A stretch of 64,000 bases of DNA from Camelus dromedarius (Eukaryota). Below are positions 1-9,838 of this stretch, one piece after another. The translations under genes and the position numbers were made by a program. Position 1 is the first letter of the stretch, and each line of letters starts with the position of its first letter. The stretch is taken from contig NC_087436.1 of assembly GCF_036321535.1 (NCBI RefSeq), forward strand, positions 51,894,001 to 51,958,000, written 5' to 3'. The notes beneath the pieces were generated by a model that made no database searches, had not been told where the DNA came from, and worked only from the letters and a program-made list of their open reading frames with translations.

Positions 1-692
1 GTGTCAAAGTAGTACCAAAACATGGCATTTGCAGAAACCGCTTGGCGTTTAAGCAATATAATAAGTTTGCATATTATTAAACTGGTCATATTAACCTCTT
101 GTAAAAGGCAGTGACTCACAAACATAAATTCTATATATTCTGTATATCTACATATAGATATATTCGTATTTCTAGGTGATGTACTCACAACTTTGAAAAT
201 TAGAAAAGAAGCTAATGCTTCTAATAGTAGTTGACACACATTAGGAGGGCATTTTTTTCCAGTCCAGTTTGTAGATTAATAACTGTCAATGATCACCCAA
301 CAGTGCCCATTTGCAAAGCCTCTAGAGTGTTGAGAGTGAGGGAGAAACCAAGCCCTGGCCTAAGAGGGAGCTAGCAAGATTATAAGAAGCTATCATGCTA
401 CCGGGGTCGGGTGTAGGGCCACAGGCCCTCGGGAAGACGTAGTGAGATCAAAATTGGGCCAAGTGGAGTGTAACTGATTCAGTCCAGTAGGGACGACGCA
501 GCAGGGATAGGAACAGTTCAACATGAGAAGCAGGTCAGTAGCCACAGTCATGCAGGAGCATCTTGGCATGTAAAACAGAACTAAGATGCGTGCCCTAGTC
601 ACTGGGTATCAAATAGTAACGTGGAAGTCCCACGTGGGTCAGATGGATTACTGAGAACTGCTGATTGCCATTATTACCCTTTATAAATATTA

Positions 693-1045
693 GGTCTCCT
701 TCTAATTTTAGACACACGGGAGGATTACATTCCTCTACCCCTCTTTGAAATTAGGTGTAGTCAAATGAGCAGTGCAGGCCAATGAAATGTGAGTGTAGTC
801 ATTGGTGGGTGTCACTTCTGGGCAGAAGCACTTGATCGCTGGAGCTCTGCTCTCCTCTCCTTCTAGGTAACTGTGAAATGCTAATATGGATGCCTTCTGA
901 TTGTCTGATTGAAGCAGGCTGCAATGCTGAGCCAGCACACACAGAATGGAGGATGGCTGCCCTGGAGGGTGGCCCAAACCTGCAGAGGACTTCAAACTGT
1001 GTTAAGCTACTGAGATTTTTTCCATTTTTACTGCAGCATAGCTTA
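693..1045 (+). mobile_element. MLT1-type (ERVL-MaLR) solo LTR fragment
   Basis: Resembles MLT1 consensus by eye: ttaggtgtagtc...ggccaatgaaatgtgagt near the 5' part and ttaagctactgagattt...actgcagcatagc at the 3' end. Subfamily not resolved. Confidence 0.6.
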
Positions 1046-2388
1046 TAACTTGCCTGAATGTGACATGGAAACAGGCATAGAGAATATTAATAAAACAGCT
1101 CCAAAACTTAACAAGACTATCCAGTCAGAGACTGTCTTTCTCTCTCTCTTTCTCTCTCTCTTTACATATGTTGTTTTGCTTTTTATCTTTGGCATTGAGT
1201 GTGCTGTCAAAACAACTGAGAAGGTCAAGGATAGCAGCAAATTATAGTCGTTTTTTGAATGAAGAAAAGGAAACACCACAATCAGATGGTGTCAGCTTCT
1301 GAAAATCCACAGAGGGCATAGAGTAGCAATCATAGCTGTTCTGTCTTCCATATGATTTAGTGAGAGATTTTCAAATTGTAAGGAACGTAACTCTCAAATG
1401 AACTCTAGAAAACAGTATTTGTTGTAAAGCTACTGAGGGGTCTCATAAATCCAGAAAAAATTTAAACAACTGGGCCTTAGGAAGGACAAAGTGGAAAACA
1501 GACTTAGGAATCTCTCTGTCTTTCTCCTCTCTTCACCCCTGCTGAATCTGACCTATGGTCCTTCTGACCTGCACGGCTCCATCTATTTACTCACCTGCAC
1601 ATGAATCATTTGCTAGTGGCCATCTCAGTCCCGGCCTGCAAGGCCTTTCATTCAAACAACCCCCAATGACTTTCCTCTGAATTTTTAAGTCAGGCTCTTC
1701 TGAGAATACCTGCTTAGCCTAACTTATTTTGCAAATTAGGTCTGGTAAGTTAAAGGTCACTGGTCCTTAGTTGTTCTCTACTTAGATATTCACCCACCCT
1801 GGTCCAGTCCTCTGTGATGGCAAGAATTGAACCTGTGACTTGGTGCTCATTCAGCAGGTGCTGCTGCTGAGGCATTTTATCTAAAAGGGGAGTGGGCAGG
1901 ACAGGCATCCCAACGTATATCTAGCACAATTTCCCTGATTGTCTAGACTTCTTTGGGCTGGACATCAGGGACACCCTGAAAGAGAGAAGGAAACTCTTTT
2001 GGGGGGATTGCTTCTAAACAAACATAACCCAAATCCTACCCACTTCCTCCCTGAAAATTGCTAATGTCTGGCCAAGCTTATCACCAGAGAACAATTTAGA
2101 TGTTGCAAACAATAGAACCCTCTGTGTATTTGGAGAAAGAGGAGCCACGAGTAGCACTATGCCCTCCCCTGGATTAACACACATAATTATTCTTACAGTG
2201 GGGACATGTGAGAGACACACCTCACACTAAAATGGAACTCCAGTATTCCCATTCCATTTCTCATCCTGGAGGTCTGAGTCAATTCTTTTTACTCTCTGAA
2301 ATTGGATTTTGTAATTTAAAAAAAAATCTAAACATGAATTTTAATTTTTTCCTGCAAATGCTTTGAAATGCTTCTCTATTTCTGTCAG

Positions 2389-2689
2389 TTTTATTGAGAT
2401 ATAATTGACATATAACGTTCTATAAGTTTAAGGTGTACAACATGATTTGATATATGTGTATATGGCAAAATGATTACCACCATAAGAGTAGTTAAAATCC
2501 ATCACCTCACATAATTACAATTTTCCCCTTGTCATTAGAACTTTTAAGGCCTACTCTCTTAGCAACTTTCAAATATACAATACAGTATTATGAACTATAG
2601 TCACCATGTTTTACATTACATCCCTATATTTATAACTTGATGTCTGTACCTTTTGCCCACCTTCACATAATGCTTCCACTCCAACCCCC
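2389..2689 (-). mobile_element. L1 3' end fragment (L1MA/L1MB-like) with probable target-site duplication
   Basis: ttttattgagatataattgacatataac...tttaaggtgtacaacatgatttg...tacaatacagtatt is the typical reverse-strand L1 3' UTR. The direct repeat ttgaaatgctt flanks it at 2363-2373 and 2690-2700. Confidence 0.75.
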
Positions 2690-2754
2690 TTGAAATGCTT
2701 ATTTCAACTGTTGAGAAAATGAGAAGAAACTAACTTGGGCCAGCAGTGTAAGCT

Positions 2755-3010
2755 CATTCTTTCAACAAGCAGTTATTAAGCACCTAGTATGTGCTGGACA
2801 TGTTACAGGCACTAGAGATTCGAATGGGAGCAAGACAAATTCCCTGCTCTCAAGAGTCATGTCATCTAGTTGCAGGAAGACAAACAAACACATCATACTC
2901 ACAGCACGCCCACACATGTGCTTTCAAGTAATTATAGACATGGAAAAGGAGCTATATCAGTACACAGAGGCAGGGAATGAAAGATGAGGTGCTATTTTAG
3001 ATAGGTATAA
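2755..3010 (-). mobile_element. L2 3' end fragment
   Basis: cattctttcaacaagcagttattaagcacctagtatgtgctgg...ccctgctctcaagag...tctagt resembles the L2 terminus in reverse. Confidence 0.6.
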
Positions 3011-3289
3011 AGACTGCTTTGTTAAGATAACCAGTGAACTCCCCTTTTGTCAAAACCAATCATCAATCCTCAGCTGTTATTTTACTCAAACCTTCAGCAC
3101 TGTTGACACAATTCACTTCATTTGCTTGACCTCAGAATCAACAGATTTCTCTCCCAGAAGCTGCTCCTTTTGTCAGCTTAGGTGGTCCCTCCTCTTCTCT
3201 CTACCCTGATAAAAAATTAAGTACTAGTAAGATGTGATGACTAGCAGTTTTGTACATCACCAGCCGCATATAAGACTATTTTAGGTCTT

Positions 3290-4440
3290 CTTCACAAGAT
3301 ATGCTCTCCATTTCCAGTGTTCCCTTTCTCAGTAAATGGTGACTCCATTTTTCCTTTGCTCAGATTCCAAACCTTGGACTTCGCAACTCCTCTTTTTTAG
3401 TGTCTCACATTATCTAGGCAATCCATCAGTAAATGTGCTAGCTCTGCTTTTTTAAAAAATTGAAGTATAGTCAGTTTACAATGTTGTGTTAGTTTCTGGT
3501 GTACAGCATAGTGATTCTGTTATATATATGTATGTATATATATGTGTATGTATATATATGTGTACACACACATATATATATACACACACATTTCTTTTCA
3601 TATTCTTTTTCATTATAGGCTCTACTTTTAAAATATAATTGGAATTGGATAGTTATCACCACTTCCTTCTAAACTCTATAATCCAAACCACCAAATTTCT
3701 AGTCTGGATTATGACAATAGTCTCTTCCCATTTCTACCCTGCTGCATTCCCACCACTGCATCCCACCACTGCATCCCACCCATTTCTACCCTGCTGCATT
3801 CCCACCACTGCATTCCCAAGAGTCAGTTCTTACAAGAGTGGTGGCTTTCTTTAAGCTTAAATCATATCATATCCCTTTCATAATAAAATATCTCTCATTT
3901 TACCAGAATAATGATCAGAATCTTTTCTATGGTCTACTAGCCCCTATACAATGTGAAATTACATCAATTCTCTGGTCTCACCTTGTACCACTCTCTTTAG
4001 TTCATTGTGTTCCAGTAACACTGGCCTCCTTTGACAATTCTTTAAACATGTCAGACTCTTATCAGGGCCTTTGGACATGCTGTTTCTTTAACCCGGAATG
4101 TTCTTTTTCCAGATAGCTGCGTAGATACTGCCCTTAGTTCATTTGAATCTCTGTTAAAATATTACCTTCTCAGTGAGGTCTTCCCTAAACAATCTGTCTA
4201 CAACCGTGAGTAACACCACTTTGCTCATCACTCCTTTCGGTGCTGTTACCACTGTACATTATTTGGGTCTTTATTGCTTAGTTCACCTGACATGTCCTGT
4301 ATATATAATCGTTTTTAATTGTTCCTTGTTATCATCTGTCTCTTCTCATTAGAATGTAAGTTTTATGAAAGGAGAGACTTTAAATTTTTTTCATGTTATA
4401 TTCCCAGTGTCTGATATGTATAGGCTTTCCAAAACTTTTG
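3290..4440 (+). mobile_element. L2 fragment (interrupted by a younger L1 3' end)
   Basis: Pyrimidine-rich L2-like blocks: tctcagtaaatggtgactcc, tctggattatgacaatagtctc, cagggcctttggacatgctgtt, tcagtgaggtcttccct, tagaatgtaagttttatgaaaggagagac. Confidence 0.7.
3452..3618 (-). mobile_element. Short young L1 3' end insertion with embedded TA/CA microsatellite
   Basis: ttgaagtatagtcagtttacaatgttgtgttagtttctggtgtacagcatagtgattc resembles the artiodactyl L1 3' terminus. Near-identical flanks gctctgctttt (3441-3451) and gctctactttt (3619-3629) look like a TSD. Confidence 0.7.
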
Positions 4441-5659
4441 AATACTAGCAAGATAAGACCCCACTAATTTGAAGTAAGTGGAAAGATGGCTAGCCTGAGT
4501 GCAAGATTCTTTTTTTATAGAATATTTACTTGAAAATTCATGAATTTCCACTCAATAATGAGCAAAACTTAACTTGGCATAAGGTTAAATTTCTGCTGGC
4601 TTTAAAGAGTGAAACACATTCCTAATTACTATATTGATTTTGCATATGCAAAAATGCTTTCAGAGGTCTTGACAAACTTTCTCTTAAATTGATTTGCCAG
4701 GTCTTCCACCACATGGTATCTTTAGTTTAATTACTAAGCCATTTGTTATTGTTGATGTTGTCCTCAGAACACTTCACGTGGAAACTTCAGCTCATTTCAG
4801 CTCACGTATTCTGAAATTCTGAGTTTAGAAAAGCCAGAATACATAAAGTTTTACAGCATGAATAGTGCTTGGATTTTCAATATAATAGCATGTATATTTG
4901 TATTATTACTGCTATTTTAAATGTGAACATTTATGACTTGACATCATTAATCTATTCAGTTTTAAAATTAATAATGAAATTAGAATTCAAACTAGGAGAA
5001 AGGGCTATAAGATTTCTCTCCAGTATGTGTGTATGTATATATAAATATAGATATAGATAGATATACATACATAAGCATATATCAATATCAATATCAATAT
5101 ATACATATAAACAATCTCTAAATATCCCCAAGAGTAGGGGGGTAGGGACTGTAGTACTTAGCCTAGTGCATCATATACTGTATGCCAATTCACTTTTTAA
5201 ATTCATGCAACAAAATTTGTTGAGCACTTACTCTGTGCCCAGAAGTGGGATACGTGATTGATACAAATACAAATAAAACAAATAAAAAATATGTTTATTA
5301 AATCTAAATTAATAATGATTGCCCACAGTCTTGCCAAATTCTTGACTAAAAAAATCCTTTATACATTTATGCATCACCTAGCATCGTATCTTGCATAGAA
5401 CAGGTGTTTGAAACACAACTGGCCAATGAATAATTCATTTACAAAAAATAAAAATTTGAAGCTCATGTATCAAAAAATAAGAATGTTTTGTCTCTGGTAG
5501 TTGTGTTATATAACAGATACGCAATAATTCTGGATATTACTTTTTCAACTAACATAATAACTTCTGTGTGTGAATTTGGTGATGTTAGCTACACTAACAA
5601 ACATACCCCAGTTTCAATGGAGCAACACAGTAAGAGCTTATTTTTTCCTTCATGTAAAG

Positions 5660-5920
5660 TTCAATGCAGATTTTCATAGTAGGTGGGCAGCATTCTTCTT
5701 TCTGGTAATTCAAGCACTCAGCTCTTTCCATTTGGGGTTACACTTTCTCCTGGACCCTAGAAGTCTCTATATTCAGCAGTAGGATGGAAGCCCATAGGCT
5801 GGGAGGATGCATATCTGTTGCTTAACTGCTTTAGTGGGAAACACTACAGCCCACAGTGCATTGACCAGAACTAGTCACATGGACCCACTTAGATGCTAGC
5901 AGGTGCAGGCTGGGATATGG
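5660..5920 (-). mobile_element. MLT1-type LTR fragment
   Basis: gcattgaccagaactagtcacatggacccact...gcaggctggga resembles reverse MLT1J/K consensus. Confidence 0.55.
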
Positions 5921-8389
5921 AGTCCCTACCTGGGCAGATGCTTTGCATAGAGCAGAATACTAAAGAAGGGAAATACCTTTTTTTTGGTAGACAGCAAGTT
6001 TTTTTGCCAAGGTTTTTTCTCTTTTTCTTTTTCTTCATAAGCAGAGAGCATTGTTGAAGTCAACAAACAGTGATTGTAGTAACTTCTTGAAAATATAAAT
6101 TCCAAGTGTAAGGTGATCTGATACAAGAGGTGATAAAATAAAGGACTGCTTGGGCAGTCTAACAGGATTAAAAAGAATGTCAGTAGCAAATAGTAGGACA
6201 TCTGAAAAAAAAATCTAGATAAAAAAGATGATTTGGCTATTTCAGTAGGCCAGCTATGTGGACATAACTAGTTTCTAGTTAATATGTTGCTGTCTAGTTT
6301 TCCTTAGAGTAGGGTCCAATTTTGTTTAAGAAGATGTGTCTGTGTGGCAGCAATGTGCAACCATACACATGCATTAAAGGCACCTGATGATAATAAGATG
6401 TGTTGCAAAGTGATTATGATTCATAACTTTTTTTCCCACACATACCTCAGCTAGGAGGTGTCTCACACTTGTAGCGGGATGAAAGGTGTGCCTGAAAGGT
6501 GTGCCTTTATTTCCTATCTGTATCATAAAACTTTTCTATGGTGCTGACATTTTAAGCCTTCTGATCTTGGTTCAAAGTTTTTTGGGGTTTTTTTCCTTTA
6601 AAAAAAATACCTGAAAAGCGAGTCCAAATAACGGTGGGAACTATATCTGTTTGGAACATGTGGGAGAGAACACTGCATCGTTGGAAGTGAGCATCCCTGA
6701 ACATGGTTTCCCAATCCTGCCTCAAGCAGGTCCTCTTCTTCACCCACAGGTCTTGGCATCCCTGCCCTGCTGTGTGCCACCTGGCCAGGGGCCAACTTCC
6801 CAAATCTGCCTTAGCAACTAGCTCTGCCTGTGCTCAGGAGGTTGTTTTCAACAACCTTTTTCTGAGGCAATACAGTGGCCTCTCAGAGCTCATGTTTTTA
6901 TGACTGTTCTACTGGACTAGGCTTTATTACGAGAAGGACCATTTTCAAATACCCCATCCCCTACCCTACACAAATTACCTACCACAGTGTCTTGGGATAG
7001 AAAAAGAGCATGATACATATTTATTGAATGTACTGTCTGCCTAATTATCACACAAATATCCTACGGTTGTGAACTGGGCAGAATTTGGAGCCAGTGACAA
7101 TCTCCCTGAGCCAGAGACATATCCTGCATGGCCTCCTTTTGCTAAAAGTCCTCCACAGAGGCTCACCCGGCCTCCTAGTGTGAGGAATACCTTGCAGGCC
7201 ACACTGCTGAAGCCATACCCTTATGTCGTCAGCCAATTCCTAAAACTTCTTTTAGAGTTTGAACTTTAATCCCTGTCCCTAATCTCCCTGGGCGTCCTTG
7301 GTGCTGAGGTTGGTTGGAGAGAGGGGCTTTGGAGAGGTGACCTTCTTGCCGAGGGAGACCTGCTCCTCATTCTGTGGAGGGGCAGGCCGCTCAGAACTGT
7401 CACTCTTTGGTCTTCCACGCCTCCCATTCTCTCCCTCCCGCTCCTTCCAACCACAGTGACCGAGTGGGGACCCGCCTTGGGCTTCAGGGCCCTGCAGGTA
7501 TCAGGAGCACCCAGTGGGCGTCGGGTTATCCGAAGGATCGGGGAAGGGAGCTGTGGTGTCACTAGTCCCCACTAGTGGCTCCATGCGCGATGTCAACAGG
7601 GAAAAGGCGATACTTTCCGGTGTTTCTCCTGCCCCCTGCCCATTTTTCCCTGGAGACTGGCAGGGCTGCCCCGGGTGACTCAAAGTTGTCCGGGGTCGCT
7701 TGGATTCCCATTCCCATCCTCAGTGGACAGCCCGCTCCCGCGTCCCATAGCGCCCGGCACGCTCCGTCACGTCCCTGGCCCGCGATACTCAGGAGCGGCC
7801 CCTCCTCGGAAGGTGTGGATGCATGGGTGGAAAACATTAATAACCACCACATCGGCCCCCACAAAAGTCCCAATAACAAAACAACCACATATTCATGGCA
7901 GGCAGGACCCGTCTCCCCAAGGTAAGTTTTTTATTCGTCGCCGTTTTGGCGATCCTCCCTGGACAGCTGCGGCAGCGATAGCAGCTGTGCGGCGGGCCCC
8001 GGAGCTCCCCGCGCTCTTCCTTCCTCCGCCCTCTCTCGGTCGCCTCTCACCCCCACCCTCTTCCCTTCTCTCCCCGCCTCCTCCTTTCTTGCCCTCTCGC
8101 GGGCCACGCACACACCCGGAGACACCCTCCGCACTTGGCTACTCACACTGCGGCTTAACCCAGCCGACCAGGCACTGTTGCCAAAGCGGCGCAGGGTGTG
8201 GGTGCGGGGTCCAGGGGCGGAGGCCAAAAGGGGCTGCGAGTGGCATGGTAGAGCCTCTCTCCTAGCTGCGACCCCCTGCCGATTCTCCTTCCCTAATCCC
8301 GGCTTGCCAGCAACAGTGACACCTGAGCGGGGACTGGGCGGTGGAGGCAGCAGGCCCTCCGGACTGGCAGCAGGGAGAAAACAGATCAG

Positions 8390-8520
8390 GGGGCGGGGAC
8401 GACTAGGAGGGGCGTGGGGCGGGACCAGCTAGGAGGCTGACACTGGCAGTGAGTGACGCGCGCATTAGCCAATGAACACCTGCAGCTCCAACGTCGGGGC
8501 GGGGCGCAGGGGGCGGGCTC
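8390..8520 (+). promoter_or_regulatory. Proximal promoter: GC boxes (Sp/KLF), CRE-like half-site and CCAAT box
   Basis: GGGGCGGGG at 8390-8398, GGGGCGGGGC at 8496-8505, TGACGC at 8454-8459, AGCCAATGA with CCAAT at 8469-8473. No canonical TATA box here. Confidence 0.7.
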
Positions 8521-8786
8521 CGCGGGGAGGAGGTGGCTGCCGGAGCGCTAGAGGCGGGGGCCGGGAGGAGGAAGGGGAGGAGGCGGAGGCGGGAGCGGCG
8601 GCGGAGGCGGCGGCGGCGGCAGCGGAGGGTAGGTTGCGTCCGGGACTGTGTCTGCCGAGCTCCGCGGCTGTGCTGTGTGAGTGTAGGAGCGACGCGGGGA
8701 GGCAGAGGCGAGCGCAGGCGAGCGCGGCGGCGGGACGTCTCCGGCGGCTGCGGATCAGCGGCGGCGCTCGGTGTGGGGAAGCAGTG

Positions 8787-8873
8787 GCAGCGGCAGCGGC
8801 AGCGGCGGCGGCGGCGGCGGCGGCAGCAGCAGCAGCAGCAGCGGAGGCAGCAGCTGCAGCAGCAGCGGCGGCC
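8787..8873 (+). repeat. Compound GCG/GCA triplet repeat
   Basis: 19 consecutive GCN triplets (including (GCG)7 and (GCA)6), then GAG, then 9 more GCN triplets. Confidence 0.95.
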
Positions 8874-9190
8874 GTCTCTCCGCCGCCGGGGACGCCAAGG
8901 CGCGGCTGGTGGCACTGACATCGGCCGCCCAGCCTCTCCTTCCTCGCCCCCGGCCCTCCCCATGTGATCCGTCTTAATCCCAGCAGTGTGCGCGCGTGGG
9001 GCTCCATTCCGCGGTGCCGGATCTCCGCGCCAGGGTGGGTGCTCGTGTGTGCTCTTCCCCTCCCCATCCCCCTTCCCCCAAGAATAAAAGAAGAACCGAG
9101 AGGCGTGCTTAGAAAATAAATAAATAACCACCACACACACGCAGCCCGGAGCAGAGTCGGCGGGGCTGGCGGCGGCAGAGGAGGAGTGAA

Positions 9191-9214
9191 GGCGGCGGCG
9201 GCGGCGGCGGCGGC
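9191..9214 (+). repeat. (GGC)8 repeat in the leader
   Basis: Read directly from sequence. A shorter (GGC)5 run lies at 8606-8620. Confidence 0.95.
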
Positions 9215-9390
9215 GGAGCAGGAGGGACGCGTGGAGAAGGCAGTAACTTTAAAGCCAGCTGAGAGCCCAGACGTCCAGCCAAGCGGTTTGCAGCGCGGCG
9301 GCGGCGGAGCTGAGTGTCTGGCCCGCCGGTCCTGTCGGGGTGTGCAGTAGGACGGACAAGCAGCGCGTCGCTGTCCCCCGGCGGCTGGAG

Positions 9391-9448
9391 ATGTCCGAGC
9401 CCAAGGCAATTGATCCCAAGTTGTCGACGACGGACAGGGTGGTGAAAG
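9391..9448 (+). CDS. PPP3CA: Serine/threonine-protein phosphatase 2B catalytic subunit alpha (calcineurin A alpha), coding exon 1
   Basis: Translates to [19 protein letters not shown] plus one G, matching the known mammalian calcineurin A alpha N-terminus ([25 protein letters not shown]...). Ends at a consensus donor AAG|GTAAGC in phase 1. Start context is gagATGt. Confidence 0.97.
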
Positions 9449-9700
9449 GTAAGCGGCGCGCCGCGGTCGCCCGGGTGCATGATGTGCCGCAGGCACCGGG
9501 GCGGCTCGCCTCGCCTCCCCTCCCCCCGCCCCGGGTTTTCTCCCAGCTCGGGCTACGGACCTTCTAGGATATTGTGCAACCCTCGAACCCCCCTCCCTCG
9601 CTCGCCCTCCCCCCACGCTTCCCAACCAGCCCCACTTGGGGCATTTTTATTTACGGGGGCGTCAGTTGGCAAATGGCTGAGCAGCGGGGAGGTGGTGGCG

Positions 9701-9838
9701 NNNNNNNNNNNNNNNNNNNNNNNNNNNNNNNNNNNNNNNNNNNNNNNNNNNNNNNNNNNNNNNNNNNNNNNNNNNNNNNNNNNNNNNNNNNNNNNNNNNN
9801 NNNNNNNNNNNNNNNNNNNNNNNNNNNNNNNNNNNNNN
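9701..9838. other. Assembly gap (138 N)
   Basis: Run of N inside the GC-rich island. Confidence 1.

Larger units (their letters stand above)
8560..9390 (+). other. PPP3CA: Putative PPP3CA 5' UTR portion of exon 1 (TSS not determinable from sequence)
   Basis: GC-rich sequence between the CCAAT/GC-box cluster and the recognised start codon. The start coordinate is a guess. Confidence 0.5.

Noticed and set aside
7950-7972. ggacagc as a REST/RE1 site (also tcagcacc near 20117)
   Set aside because: Each is only a half-site, and the partner half is absent or poor.
9449-9567. Read-through ORF extending MSEPK...VVK into GKRRAAVARV
   Set aside because: The continuation is intron sequence after a consensus donor and does not match calcineurin.
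8403-9625. Long ORFs over the CpG island (386 aa, 245 aa, 148 aa, 144 aa) with poly-Ala, poly-Arg or poly-Cys runs
   Set aside because: They result from stop-poor GC-rich triplet repeats. Their composition is low-complexity and I recognise no protein family. Only 9391-9448 matches a known protein.
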